Shown here in pieces: positions 19,628 through 30,109 of a stretch of DNA of 64,000 nucleotides. The notes under the pieces were generated by a model. It saw only the letters and a list, made by a program, of their open reading frames with translations. It did no database searches and was not told the origin of the DNA. The stretch is from positions 254,639 through 318,638 of the forward strand of contig OZ242288.1 of assembly GCA_965207575.1 (NCBI GenBank), given 5' to 3'. A program made the position numbers and the translations under genes. This DNA comes from an uncultured Candidatus Binatia bacterium (GTDB lineage: Bacteria; Desulfobacterota; Binatia; Bin18). The stretch's first letter is position 1; each line of letters starts with the position of its first letter.

Positions 19628-20773
19628 CTAGTCTTGTAGCAAGGCCAAGTCGTCACGATGAATCACTTCATCGCCCACCTTATAGCCGAGGGTCTGTTCA
19701 ATTTGACTCGTGTGCACGCCTTGAATCTGCCTCAGAGCCGTAGCGCTATAGTTCACTAAGCCACGAGCAAATTCATCTCCGCCGTCGTCGAGGCAGGTCA
19801 CACAGTCCCCTTCCTCAAAACTTCCGTATACTCCACGCACCCCGGCAGGTAGCAGACTCCTCCCATCCCGCCGAATCGCCGCCGCCGCCCCAGCATCAAG
19901 ACGGAGTGAGCCAGCCGGCTTCAACGTGTAGGCAATCCAGTGTTTCCGACTCGCAATCCTATCCGAAACTGGTAGAAACAGCGTGCCCGCTTCCCGCTGC
20001 GGGTCAAAAGCCGCATAGAGCTCTTCATTGCTCCTCCCATCGATCAGAAGGGAGGGAATACCTGACAGGGCCGCCTTTTGCGCGGCTTCGATTTTAGAAG
20101 TCATACCGCCGCGGCCTAACGGACCGGCTTGCCCGCACCGCTGCATCAATTGTTCGTCAAACCGCTCGACCAGAGCAATACGTTTTGCGTGCCGGTCCAG
20201 ACGGGGGTCTGTTTCGTATAAACCCGCAACATCGCTCAATATGATCAGCAGATCCGCCTCGACAAGGACGGCGACTTGGGCGGAGAGATTATCGTTGTCG
20301 CCAAACTGGATTTCTTCAACCGCCACTGTATCATTCTCGTTGACAATGGGCACAACCCCGGACTCGATCAGAGTCAAAAGAGTATGCTTGGCGTTCAGAT
20401 AGCGGCGTCGGTTGGCCAGATCGTCATGGGTGAGAAGAATCTGCGCCACCCGGATGGCATGCCGCGAAAAGCATTCTTCATACAACGCCATGAGCGTAAT
20501 CTGTCCAATGGCTGCGGCCGCTTGTTTCGCCGGTATCGTCCTCGGGCGCTGTTTCATATTGAGCGCACCCATTCCCGCGGCAACGGCTCCCGAAGTCACT
20601 AAGACCACCTCGACCTGCCGCAGGGAGGAAAGGGTCGTTGCGAGTTGGCGAACCCGTGGGGCATAGACACCATCGCCGTCGGACAGCACACTGCTCCCGA
20701 CTTTCACCACAATACGCCTCGTCTTCTCAAGAATACGCGTTTTATGTGTGAGCTGGCTATTGCAATCACTCAT
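19628..20773 (-). CDS. proB: Glutamate 5-kinase
   Basis: VVKVGSS, NENDTV, FGDND, GGM.SK and a PUA domain; ATGA overlap with obgE. Confidence 0.95.
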   Translation of the reverse strand: MSDCNSQLTHKTRILEKTRRIVVKVGSSVLSDGDGVYAPRVRQLATTLSSLRQVEVVLVTSGAVAAGMGALNMKQRPRTIPAKQAAAAIGQITLMALYEECFSRHAIRVAQILLTHDDLANRRRYLNAKHTLLTLIESGVVPIVNENDTVAVEEIQFGDNDNLSAQVAVLVEADLLIILSDVAGLYETDPRLDRHAKRIALVERFDEQLMQRCGQAGPLGRGGMTSKIEAAQKAALSGIPSLLIDGRSNEELYAAFDPQREAGTLFLPVSDRIASRKHWIAYTLKPAGSLRLDAGAAAAIRRDGRSLLPAGVRGVYGSFEEGDCVTCLDDGGDEFARGLVNYSATALRQIQGVHTSQIEQTLGYKVGDEVIHRDDLALLQD

Positions 20774-21813
20774 GGTGGGGACCCCTCGGTCTCCCCTTCG
20801 TCGCCCATCCGGCATTGTCTCTGTTCGAGCAGATGAGCAATTTCTCTCACCAATTCCTGTTTCCCCTCCCCCGTTACAGCAGAGATGCGATGTAGTTTTT
20901 TCTCATGCCGAGCAAAAACTTCCTGCACCTCGGGAAATCGGTCGCGGGTGATCGGCAGGTCAGCTTTTGTGACGGCCACGATCTGCGGACGTCGAGCCAG
21001 GGCAGTATCAAAAGCGGCGAGTTCACTATTGATGACGCGGTAGTCGGCATACGGATCACGTGCCGGATCAGATATATCAAGAAGATGAACCAGAATAGAA
21101 GTCCGCGAGAGATGGCGGAGAAAGCGCACGCCCAGCCCATGTCCGGCATGCGCCCCCTCAATGAGCCCTGGCACGTCAGCCATGACAAATGAGCCCTCAT
21201 CGCCATAGCGCACAACGCCGAGGTGCGGAACGAGGGTCGTAAAGGGAAAGTCGGCAACCCGCGGACGTGCGGCAGACACAGCAGAGATCAGCGTCGATTT
21301 CCCGACATTGGGAAACCCCACCAGGCCAACATCCGCCAGCAGTCGGAGTTCCAGCTGAATCTGCCGCGTCTCTCCGGGCAGCCCCGGTTGGGCGAATCGG
21401 GGGGCCCGATTGGTGGAGGAGGCAAAAGAGGCGTTCCCTCTTCCGCCTTTGCCGCCGTGGGCGACCACGACCTGTTGCCCGACAGTTCGCAGGTCGGCGA
21501 GTATTTCTCCACTCTCCATATCGCGTGCAATGGTTCCGGCCGGGACGGGAAGAATGAGGGTCTTTGCGTTTTTCCCGTGTTGATCCTTACCCCGTCCATG
21601 ATCGCCCCGTGCCGCTTTGACGTGATGCCGATGGGCGAGCTCAAGCAGGGTGTTGCGTTGCGGGTCGACGCGCAGAATGACGTCTCCGCCATTGCCGCCA
21701 TTGCCGCCGTTCGGCCCTCCCCAGGGCCGAAACTTCTCGCGCAGAAAGCTGACGCAGCCGCGCCCGCCATCACCGGCTTTGACCGTCATGGTCACTTCGT
21801 CAACGAAGTTCAT
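20770..21813 (-). CDS. obgE: GTPase ObgE/CgtA
   Basis: FVDE...GDGG glycine-rich N-terminus, GFPNVGKST and DVPGLIEGA. Confidence 0.96.
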   Translation of the reverse strand: MNFVDEVTMTVKAGDGGRGCVSFLREKFRPWGGPNGGNGGNGGDVILRVDPQRNTLLELAHRHHVKAARGDHGRGKDQHGKNAKTLILPVPAGTIARDMESGEILADLRTVGQQVVVAHGGKGGRGNASFASSTNRAPRFAQPGLPGETRQIQLELRLLADVGLVGFPNVGKSTLISAVSAARPRVADFPFTTLVPHLGVVRYGDEGSFVMADVPGLIEGAHAGHGLGVRFLRHLSRTSILVHLLDISDPARDPYADYRVINSELAAFDTALARRPQIVAVTKADLPITRDRFPEVQEVFARHEKKLHRISAVTGEGKQELVREIAHLLEQRQCRMGDEGETEGSPP

Positions 21814-21854
21814 AGACCATGTATATCAGGAATGGGGGATCGAAGCAGGCGAAT

Positions 21855-21880
21855 AAAAAAAGCCCCGAAGAGGGGCTTTT
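21855..21880 (-). terminator. Intrinsic terminator after rpmA
   Basis: aaaaaaagcccc-gaaga-ggggctttt hairpin with a U tract on the minus strand. Confidence 0.8.
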
Positions 21881-21916
21881 CCTACGATCTTTCGTTCGCG
21901 CCTGCGGCCGTGCAGA

Positions 21917-22171
21917 TTACTGCGGATAGACGCAGACCCGCTTGCGCGCTTTGCCCATACGTTCAAACTGAATCACTCCGTCCGTCTTGGCAAACAACGT
22001 ATAATCCCGTCCCATACCAACATTGGTCCCTGGGTAGATACGCGTTCCGAGCTGACGAACAATAATATTCCCTGCCTTTGCAAATTGTCCGGCATAAAGC
22101 TTGACGCCGCGGCGCTGTCCTGGGCTGTCTCGGCCATTCCGACTGGAGCCTTGTCCTTTTTTATGTGCCAC
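21917..22171 (-). CDS. rpmA: 50S ribosomal protein L27
   Basis: [16 protein letters not shown]. Confidence 0.98.
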   Translation of the reverse strand: MAHKKGQGSSRNGRDSPGQRRGVKLYAGQFAKAGNIIVRQLGTRIYPGTNVGMGRDYTLFAKTDGVIQFERMGKARKRVCVYPQ

Positions 22172-22173
22172 GT

Positions 22174-22494
22174 TTATCCTCCCAGGTTGATCGATTTGAC
22201 CTGCACGGCCGTAAAGTGCTGCCGGTGGCCATGCTTGCGCCGATACCCCTTGCGCCGTTTCTTCTTAAAAACAATAATCTTTTTCTCTTTTCCATGCTCA
22301 ACAACGCGAGCCGTCACGGAAGCGCCAGACACGAGCGGGGTGCCAATTTGAACCGCGCCCTCAGCCGAGGTAAGCAGCACATCAGGGAACGTAATATCAC
22401 TCCCGACCTCTCCCGGTAGAGACTCCACTCGCAGGAACTCGCCCTGCGTCACTCGATATTGTTTTCCACCCGTGCGAATTACTGCGTATGACAT
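22174..22494 (-). CDS. rplU: 50S ribosomal protein L21
   Basis: [11 protein letters not shown] and GHRQ. Confidence 0.98.
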   Translation of the reverse strand: MSYAVIRTGGKQYRVTQGEFLRVESLPGEVGSDITFPDVLLTSAEGAVQIGTPLVSGASVTARVVEHGKEKKIIVFKKKRRKGYRRKHGHRQHFTAVQVKSINLGG

Positions 22495-22526
22495 CTCCCG
22501 TTACCTATGCGAGCGTGTTTTTTCTG

Positions 22527-22916
22527 TCAACTCCCAAGAGCGTGGCGAATGGCCTCGGGAATAGGCTGGGGCTGGTCATGCGAATTCACAAAAACTGCGG
22601 TGATCGACCCACCGACGCAGCGCTCTCCGGCTCGGTGGATCTCCCCGGCAAAGGTCATCGAGGTAGTCCCAATCCGCTCAACCCAGACTTTCACCTCAAT
22701 TGGCTCATCAACAAAGAGGGGAGCATAAAACGTTGCCGAAACACTCACCCGCGGCAGCCCTGATATCTTGCGATGGTCGGACAGCGGGAACCCAGCCTGC
22801 CGCATCAATTCCCACTCGGCTATCTCAAAATACCGGAACGCTGCCGTGTAATGAATACGGCCCGACGCATCAGTATCGACCCACCGCACTCGAAGTTTTT
22901 CCGTATGGGACAGCAT
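22527..22916 (-). CDS. Acyl-CoA thioesterase (4HBT/YbgC family)
   Basis: VRWVDTDASGRIHY...YFE motif. Confidence 0.85.
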   Translation of the reverse strand: MLSHTEKLRVRWVDTDASGRIHYTAAFRYFEIAEWELMRQAGFPLSDHRKISGLPRVSVSATFYAPLFVDEPIEVKVWVERIGTTSMTFAGEIHRAGERCVGGSITAVFVNSHDQPQPIPEAIRHALGS

Positions 22917-22996
22917 GGTTTTAGAGGAGTTCCTGAACGGGAAAGTCGCGTATCCCTGAAGGGTAAGAACAAAGCAGGAAAGCCCAAGACGGGCAA

Positions 22997-24514
22997 TTAC
23001 ACCTGTGGCTCAGCAGCCTCGCGGGCCACGGTTTGAATCCGTGGGATGGCCGTGTAGATACGGCTCTCGGGTCCGTTCTGCACACTCAGCCGGGCGAGAT
23101 ACTCTTCCAGTTTCTTTCGTATTGCCGCGAGCTGTGGATCAGGTCGCGCTGTCGGCGGTCTTTTTTGCCGAGCAAAGATATTCTGCGTCGGCACTTTTTT
23201 CAATGGATTGATATACCTGCCGTTTTTATGCATCTCAAAGTGCAGGTGCGGGCCGGTTGCGGCGCCCGAAGACCCGACATAGCCGATAACCTGTCCCCTT
23301 TTTACAAAAGTTCCGGCTCTCACTCCTTTTTTGATGCGTTGCAGGTGGGCGTATGCCGAACTATAGGGTCCGGCATGGTTAATCTTGAGAAAACGGCCAT
23401 AGTTGCCTCTCCAGCCGGCGTAGGTGACCTTGCCATCTGCCACCGCGCGTACCGGTGTTCCCGTTGGAGCGGCGAAATCCACGCCACGGTGGGGACGTTT
23501 CCGTTTGTAAATGGGATGCATCCGGGCATCGCTAAAAACCGACGAGATACGGGTGAATTGAACAGGGTAACGCAGAAACTGCCGCCCAACCCCAATCCCT
23601 TCTTCCGCGTCAAGGGGAAAGACGAGGTGTTTTTTCCCCTTGTTCACGATTTCTGCAGCAAGCACTCTACCATGCTTCACTGCTTGCCCGTTATGGTGCA
23701 TTTCCTCAAAAATGATTTTGAACGGGTCACCCGGCTGAAGGTCGTATGAAAGGTTCAAATCCCAGCCCATATCTGCCACCGCATCGATGATACCGGCCGG
23801 AACACCTATTTTTCTGGCTGCCCAACCCAAACTATGGGTAATGCGGCCACCAACGGCCCGCCAGACAAGGGTCGTGGGAGTGGTCTCGATTCGTGACTGG
23901 ATATGCCCGCTCTCATCCTTCTCAAACACGAGTGAAGTGTCCTGACTAATACTACAGGAAACGGTTCGCAGCGTTGGCGTCCCATTGTGATCGGGCTCAT
24001 AGGAGAACGTTATGGTACGTCCAACTTGCAACCTCCGCACCTCAACCCTTTGTTGCGCCGCACTGCTCCACGCGGCGGTCTGTTGAGGCGAGAGGCCTTC
24101 TTTTTTTAGAATCCCTCCAAACGTCTCGTGCGGTTTAATGGCATGCACGATGTGGTGCGGCATGCCTATCGGCGTTACTGGCTCAGGCAGCGGGGGAAGG
24201 GTAACGAGAACAGCCGGGACCGTAGCTTCTTTTTCTTCCAGAGTTGGGTGCACTCCGGTCGAAGCCATCTCCACCTGCCCCAGAACATCGTTTCTTTGCT
24301 GAATCTCGTTCAAACGTTGTTGGACCTGAGCGGTCACCTCGTTTTTGGCAAAAGAGGGGTCAACGGCCGGGTTTGCCACCCGAACAATAAGCCCAAGAAG
24401 ACCGACTGCCAGGATAGGGGCGGTGAGCAGCGCCTGAACGTGTCCGTTCTGGCGTCCGAGGAAGATGCGGAGTATTTCTGTGCAATACTCCAGCCACCGG
24501 CTTTGCATGGTCAC
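22997..24514 (-). CDS. M23 family murein peptidase (MepM-like)
   Basis: N-terminal transmembrane segment; HRGVDFAAP, YAHL and TGPHLHFE motifs. Confidence 0.9.
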   Translation of the reverse strand: MTMQSRWLEYCTEILRIFLGRQNGHVQALLTAPILAVGLLGLIVRVANPAVDPSFAKNEVTAQVQQRLNEIQQRNDVLGQVEMASTGVHPTLEEKEATVPAVLVTLPPLPEPVTPIGMPHHIVHAIKPHETFGGILKKEGLSPQQTAAWSSAAQQRVEVRRLQVGRTITFSYEPDHNGTPTLRTVSCSISQDTSLVFEKDESGHIQSRIETTPTTLVWRAVGGRITHSLGWAARKIGVPAGIIDAVADMGWDLNLSYDLQPGDPFKIIFEEMHHNGQAVKHGRVLAAEIVNKGKKHLVFPLDAEEGIGVGRQFLRYPVQFTRISSVFSDARMHPIYKRKRPHRGVDFAAPTGTPVRAVADGKVTYAGWRGNYGRFLKINHAGPYSSAYAHLQRIKKGVRAGTFVKRGQVIGYVGSSGAATGPHLHFEMHKNGRYINPLKKVPTQNIFARQKRPPTARPDPQLAAIRKKLEEYLARLSVQNGPESRIYTAIPRIQTVAREAAEPQV

Positions 24515-24599
24515 AAAAGTTGCCAGCAGAACGCAGAAAAGTCAAGGAGATATGGCCCGACATTGTTTCGTCGCCATACCGGTGGTAGGTTGGGCAACG

Positions 24600-25607
24600 G
24601 TGAAAAAAGTCCTGCCTCTTATTGCGTGTTTTATTATTGGCGTCAGCGGACTCACCGCCTGTTACGTCTATGCCCGGCTCAACACCCCAGGTCGGCCTTT
24701 AGCGGCCCCTGCTCGGATCTTTATCTCTCCGGGCAGTACCCTCCAACAAACAGCGCAGATGCTTGTTGCCGAGGGCATACTGGCAAGTGTCCAGCCATTT
24801 CGTTTCTGGGCGCAACTCACAGGTAAAGATCGCTCCATACAAAGTGGGGAGTATATCCTGGAAACCTCGCTGACCCCGCGACGGTTGCTTGAGACCTTGA
24901 CCCAAGGACAGGTCATCCACCACATGGTGACAATCCCGGAAGGACTGACACTCAAACACATTGCCAAAAGACTGGAAGCCCGAGGGTTTGGCCCCCAAGA
25001 GCAATTCCTGTCTCTGAGCACCTCTCCTCAGTTCTTAGCCAAATGGGACCTCCAGGAGCACGGACTTGAAGGCTACCTGTACCCGGATACCTATTTTTTT
25101 TCAAAGCAGAGCTCTGCGGCGGATATTCTGGGACGTATGGTCACACGTCTGTCTGAAGTCTTCACCCCGGCCATGCAACAGCAGGCCCAGGAATTGGGGT
25201 TCTCCCAGCATGAAGTCCTGACCCTGGCCTCGCTCGTTGAGAAAGAAACCGGGGCGGCAGAGGAACGCCCGCTGATTGCCGGAGTCTTTCACAATCGGCT
25301 CCGTCAAAATATTCCACTCCAGTGTGATCCAACCGTCATCTATGGCATTCCGAACTTTGACGGGAATCTGACACGCCGCCATCTGCGTACACCCACGCCG
25401 TATAACACCTATCTGTTTACCGGTCTTCCGCCCGGCCCAATTGCCAACCCGGGGCTCGCGGCTATTCAGGCCGTCCTCGCCCCAGCCGAAACAAACTACC
25501 TCTATTTTGTTGCCAGGGGAGATGGCACACACGTATTCTCTACCCGGCTCGCGGATCATAATCGCGCGGTTCGCCGGTTTCAGAAACGTGGCTCGCGCAA
25601 TGGATAG
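24600..25607 (+). CDS. mltG: Endolytic transglycosylase
   Basis: TIPEG, EGYLYPDTY, ASLVEKE, LQCDPTV and LPPGPIANPG motifs; GTG start assumed. Confidence 0.94.
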   Translation: MKKVLPLIACFIIGVSGLTACYVYARLNTPGRPLAAPARIFISPGSTLQQTAQMLVAEGILASVQPFRFWAQLTGKDRSIQSGEYILETSLTPRRLLETLTQGQVIHHMVTIPEGLTLKHIAKRLEARGFGPQEQFLSLSTSPQFLAKWDLQEHGLEGYLYPDTYFFSKQSSAADILGRMVTRLSEVFTPAMQQQAQELGFSQHEVLTLASLVEKETGAAEERPLIAGVFHNRLRQNIPLQCDPTVIYGIPNFDGNLTRRHLRTPTPYNTYLFTGLPPGPIANPGLAAIQAVLAPAETNYLYFVARGDGTHVFSTRLADHNRAVRRFQKRGSRNG

Positions 25608-27060
25608 CCTGTCCCAACTCTTCACCGCGACGGCCCGGCGGGTGCTGTGGCAGCGGAGCACCAATACCCTCGGTTTTTTTCTGCCCCTGGGGATTGCGGT
25701 CTTTTTCCTGGGATACCGTCTGATCCTGGCATGTGCGCTACCCATCGGGTTTGCTTTTCTTCCACCCCTCGTCGTCTTCGGTTTTCTACTGAAATCCCTC
25801 AGGCAGGGAAAAAAGAGTTGCCAGGACGAGAGTATTGCCCGCCTGCTGGACGAGAAGACAACTGGCCAGGAGCGTTTCCTCACCCTGGCGACCCTGCCCT
25901 CTTCCTCAGACTTCGTGGCCCAGGTTCGGAGCCAAGCCGCCCGGAAGGCCGCCTTCTTCGTTCCCGAGCGCGACCTGCCCTTCCATCTCGACAGGCGGGT
26001 TCCGTTTGCATGTGCCGGCGCAGTCCTGAGTGGCCTGCTCTTCCTGTTTTTACCGTCCGGCAGCGCTGCCCTGGCTCCAAGCGGCCCCTCACCTGTTGCG
26101 CCGACGACTGAGACCCTGCTCCAGAATATTGAAGACCTGGCCCGGCAGTTGGTCCGCGCACAGTCTACTCCTGAAGAACAGCAAGCCGGAGCCCAACTCC
26201 TCGGCCTTGCTCAGGAGCTCAAGAATCCGGCCCTGGCTCCCCAGGACAAGATACGCCTGATTGATGAAGCGCAAAAACGCATGAATCTGCCGCTGCCCGT
26301 GCCGCAGATTCTTCCGCTTGATCTCAAACTCTTTGGCAGCGACAGCAGACAAGACGATAGTCCGGGCAACCAGGGCGACAGCCCACAGCCGGAGCAGACA
26401 CCGCTGGCGAAAACACATGAAAATCTGGAGCAACTCAAGCAGTCGCTGTCTGCGCAGAGAAACGAGGCGCAACCGGGTACGCAAAACACAAACCGGACGG
26501 ATCAGTCAGACAATCAACAGTCACAGCAGCAAAATACCCCCCAGGAATCCGGCGACGGCATCAAATTTGACCAGCCCCAGTCTCAAGAACAAAAAGGCAA
26601 GCAGCAGGCCCAACAGAATACCTCCGGTCAGCAGCAACAAGCTCCGCAACCCGGCCAACAACCGGACACCCAACAGCCACCTTCCGGGGTAGACCCCCAC
26701 AAAGCCGGACACGAGCAGCACCGTCACGCCACGCAGCAGAGCAACGAGAGAAAACAGCCCCAGCAGTCCTCAGAGCGGTCAGACCAGCAGCCCGGACAAT
26801 CTGGCGGGCAGGGAAAAGGCGAACGGTTTTACAAACCGGGCGAGCAGCCCGGCGGATTTCTGACCCAGGCTGCCCGCTATGTCAAAGTTCGTATTCCGAC
26901 CGGTATGAAGGCGGAACAGGACAGCCAGGAACTGACCGAAAATACCAGCCCGGCGGTCCCAACCACGCCCTATAGCAACGCCCCGCTCGCGGACCGTCCG
27001 CCAGAGAAAAACGCTCCCCAGCAACGCATTCCACTCGAATACCGAGGGATCTTACAGTAG
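25600..27060 (+). CDS. Hypothetical membrane protein with Gln-rich low-complexity C-terminal region
   Basis: N-terminal transmembrane helices, Q/P/G-rich tail and C-terminal IPLEYR; upstream of moxR. Confidence 0.7.
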   Translation: MDSLSQLFTATARRVLWQRSTNTLGFFLPLGIAVFFLGYRLILACALPIGFAFLPPLVVFGFLLKSLRQGKKSCQDESIARLLDEKTTGQERFLTLATLPSSSDFVAQVRSQAARKAAFFVPERDLPFHLDRRVPFACAGAVLSGLLFLFLPSGSAALAPSGPSPVAPTTETLLQNIEDLARQLVRAQSTPEEQQAGAQLLGLAQELKNPALAPQDKIRLIDEAQKRMNLPLPVPQILPLDLKLFGSDSRQDDSPGNQGDSPQPEQTPLAKTHENLEQLKQSLSAQRNEAQPGTQNTNRTDQSDNQQSQQQNTPQESGDGIKFDQPQSQEQKGKQQAQQNTSGQQQQAPQPGQQPDTQQPPSGVDPHKAGHEQHRHATQQSNERKQPQQSSERSDQQPGQSGGQGKGERFYKPGEQPGGFLTQAARYVKVRIPTGMKAEQDSQELTENTSPAVPTTPYSNAPLADRPPEKNAPQQRIPLEYRGILQ

Positions 27061-27067
27061 GAGCAGC

Positions 27068-28102
27068 ATGCCAGCTTCGTCATCCCCACTATCCTCAGAG
27101 CTATTATCCCCGGAACAGCGGGTTGAACACTTTCGACACATCTTTGCGACCATCGAAGAAGAAGTCGGCCGGCTCATCGTTGGCCAGCGGAGTATCTTGC
27201 GAAAGATCTTAACCGCCTTTTTTGCCGGTGGGCATGTCCTCATTGAAAGTGTGCCGGGTCTGGGTAAGACACTAATGGCCAAGTCCCTCAGTCAGTCCCT
27301 GGCGCTGAGCGCCAAGCGTATTCAGTTTACGCCGGACCTCATGCCGTCTGATATTGTTGGGACCCAAGTCCTGTCTGAAGGCGCTGACGGCAAGCGCTAT
27401 TTTGAATTCAAGCCCGGTCCGGTCTTTGCGAACATCGTTCTGGCGGATGAAATTAACCGGGCTACGCCCAAGACCCAATCTGCCGTCCTCGAAGCAATGG
27501 AGGAGCAGCAGGTCACCGTTTTTGGGGAGACGCATACCCTCACGCCCCCTTTTCTTGTTGTGGCGACCCAGAACCCGGTGGAGATCGAGGGGACCTACCC
27601 GCTCCCCGAAGCGCAACTGGACCGTTTTCTGCTCAAGCTGGTTATCGAATCGCCCAGCGCGGATGAGGTGGCCGAAATTCTTGAGCGGACCACAAAAGAG
27701 ACGCAGTACCGCATCAATCCGGTCCTCTCGGCAGATACGGCTCCGGCAGTCATCGCCGAGATGCAAAATCTGGTGCGCGAAGTCCTGCTGGCTCCCCCGC
27801 TGAGTTTGTATATTGCCCGGCTTATTGAGGCAGCCACGCCCGGCAACCCGAATTCGCCGGTGCCTGAGGTCGCGCACTATTTCCGCTACGGCCCCAGCCC
27901 GCGTGGGGCTCAAGCCCTCACCTTAGGGGCCAAGGTCAACGCCCTGCTCGACGGGCGGGTGCATGTCAGTTTTGAGGATATCACCGACGTTGCGCTGTCG
28001 GCCCTGCGGCATCGCTGCCTGCTGAACTTTCAGGCTGAGGCAGAGGGCATTAGTGCCGACCAGATCATCGAACTGCTGCTGAAACAGGTCCCGAAAAAAT
28101 AG
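27068..28102 (+). CDS. MoxR family AAA+ ATPase
   Basis: VPGLGKT, RIQFTPDLMPSD, DEINR and YPLPEAQLDRF motifs. Confidence 0.95.
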   Translation: MPASSSPLSSELLSPEQRVEHFRHIFATIEEEVGRLIVGQRSILRKILTAFFAGGHVLIESVPGLGKTLMAKSLSQSLALSAKRIQFTPDLMPSDIVGTQVLSEGADGKRYFEFKPGPVFANIVLADEINRATPKTQSAVLEAMEEQQVTVFGETHTLTPPFLVVATQNPVEIEGTYPLPEAQLDRFLLKLVIESPSADEVAEILERTTKETQYRINPVLSADTAPAVIAEMQNLVREVLLAPPLSLYIARLIEAATPGNPNSPVPEVAHYFRYGPSPRGAQALTLGAKVNALLDGRVHVSFEDITDVALSALRHRCLLNFQAEAEGISADQIIELLLKQVPKK

Positions 28103-28219
28103 GAGAGGCCCATCCATTTTTTCTGTCCCTCGCACGGCAACAAGAGACATGGCAAGATGGAGAAACAGTAAGCGCTACACACCCAGCCGGTGGTGGGAGC
28201 TGAAAGGAATCTGAGGACG

Positions 28220-28888
28220 ATGAATCTTATCCATACGGTTTTTGAGCCCGAAGGCCCAGGCCCGCATCCAACCATTCTTGCCCTGCACGGCTGGGGGGCC
28301 AATGCACTTGACCTCCTGGGCTTATCTCCGCATCTGTGTCGGGGCCAGTTTCTCGTCCTCTGTCCGCAGGGTCCACTTCAGGTTCCCATCGGTCCGAACA
28401 TGGTCGGTCACGGCTGGTTTCCGCTGACGAGCGGCGGGCCGATCGATGTCCAGGCGATTCTCTCTGCACGCGAGGCCGTTCGAGCCTTCCTCGACGAAGT
28501 ACTGCAGCGCTACCCTGTTGATTCCAAAAAACTGTGTGTGCTGGGTTTTAGCCAGGGCGGGGTCATGGGCTACAGCCTGGCCCTGGGCGAGCCCGAGCGC
28601 TTTGCCGGACTCGCGGCTCTCAGTTCGTGGCTGCCGAAAGATATGCTGACCGCATTGCCGGACGTGCCGGCAACCGAGCAACTTCCCGTGCTGGTCCAAC
28701 ACGGCAGTAAGGACGAGTTGGTCGATGTGGGCCGCGCCCGCCAGTCCGTCGAAATCCTGCGTGATGTCAAAGCGCCCGTGACCTACCGGGAGTATGACAT
28801 GGGTCACGAGATCAATGCCCGCAGCCTGACCGACCTGTCCAACTGGCTCCAGGAAAAGGTGGTATCGCCGATTACTTTGGCGTCCTGA
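28220..28888 (+). CDS. Phospholipase/carboxylesterase
   Basis: LHGWG, GFSQG, HG..D and MGHEI motifs. Confidence 0.9.
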   Translation: MNLIHTVFEPEGPGPHPTILALHGWGANALDLLGLSPHLCRGQFLVLCPQGPLQVPIGPNMVGHGWFPLTSGGPIDVQAILSAREAVRAFLDEVLQRYPVDSKKLCVLGFSQGGVMGYSLALGEPERFAGLAALSSWLPKDMLTALPDVPATEQLPVLVQHGSKDELVDVGRARQSVEILRDVKAPVTYREYDMGHEINARSLTDLSNWLQEKVVSPITLAS

Positions 28889-28908
28889 ATCCGCTCCACC
28901 GGGCAGAG

Positions 28909-29808
28909 CTATCCCGCCGACTTGGACTGAAACAGAAACTCCGTGGTCACCTGCAAGAAGTGCTCCAGTTGGTCGTGGTGCACCCAGTGACCGGCCTTGG
29001 GGATGGTCATCAGCCGGGGATTGCGGAAGGCTTTTGCGCGTTCACGATCTTTCTCCAGATCAACCGCCCAGGATTCGCTGCCCCGGAGGAGGAGGAGCGG
29101 GCAGGTAATGCGTCCCCAGATTTCTTGGGCATCCGCCATATTGAAGCGATACGGTGAGCGGGCACGGACATAGTTGTCAAACTTCCAGGTATAGGTTCCG
29201 TCCTCGTTGCGGTGGGTTCCGTACAAGGTCAGGTGGTGGGCCTGCTCCGGGCTGAGGTGGGGGTTGGCTTCACGCATACGTTCGACCGCCTCTTCCAGCG
29301 TCTTGTAGCGCTTTGGCAGGCGACCGGCGAACCCACGCATTTCATCGACCCAGTGTTGCATCCGCTCAAACGCACTTTTCGGCTGCTCTTTGAGCATCTG
29401 CGGAGGGGGTCCCCAGCCCTCAATGGACACACCCCTGGTCACTTTTTCGGGATATACACCGGCATACTGGAGCACGATACCACCGCCGAGAGAATGCCCA
29501 ATTAACGTGACTGGAAACAAGTCGAGCTGAGCCAAAAGCTGCGCAATATCGACGACATGGTCAATCATCGAGTACTCACTGCCGCGAGCCCACTCCGAAT
29601 CGCCATGTCCGCGTAAATCCGGGGCAACGATATGATAATCTCCGCGCAACGCCTGAGCGACCCAGTCCCAATTCCGACAATGGTCCCGCCCGCCATGAAT
29701 CAGAACGAGCAAGGGCTTGTCAGGGTTGCCCCAGTCAACATAGTGCAGCTTGAGACGCTGCGAGTAGAAATAGTGCGAGGTCGGTCCGAGAATGTGTTGT
29801 CCTGCCAT
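28909..29808 (-). CDS. Alpha/beta hydrolase
   Basis: HGGRDH, DLRGHG, GHSLGG and AGHWVHH motifs. Confidence 0.9.
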   Translation of the reverse strand: MAGQHILGPTSHYFYSQRLKLHYVDWGNPDKPLLVLIHGGRDHCRNWDWVAQALRGDYHIVAPDLRGHGDSEWARGSEYSMIDHVVDIAQLLAQLDLFPVTLIGHSLGGGIVLQYAGVYPEKVTRGVSIEGWGPPPQMLKEQPKSAFERMQHWVDEMRGFAGRLPKRYKTLEEAVERMREANPHLSPEQAHHLTLYGTHRNEDGTYTWKFDNYVRARSPYRFNMADAQEIWGRITCPLLLLRGSESWAVDLEKDRERAKAFRNPRLMTIPKAGHWVHHDQLEHFLQVTTEFLFQSKSAG

Positions 29809-30109
29809 GAGCGTCCTTTTCTCAGAGGAAGACTTGAGACGGTGTCCGGGTGACAGTATAGCGTCAAGCCGCGCTAATCCACAGTGCAGATGTGGTTTGT
29901 TTGCATCTTTTCGCCCCGAGCAACAGGGGTTGCGTCAGCCCAGTCTATCGACAGGACCTCATCAAATTCCATACCCCGCCCAACCGTGAGAGTCTGGAGA
30001 AGAACAAAATTTAGGAACGCTACCGAGAGCGTTAGGATAATGCTATATCCGGTGGGCAAAGACAGCCCTGCTGTGAGAGGAAAGCTGATACAGTAAAAGG
30101 AGCACACCG

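Noticed and set aside
26340-26820. CAG-rich stretch as a tandem repeat
   Set aside because: It reflects Gln-rich coding sequence with no exact repeat unit.
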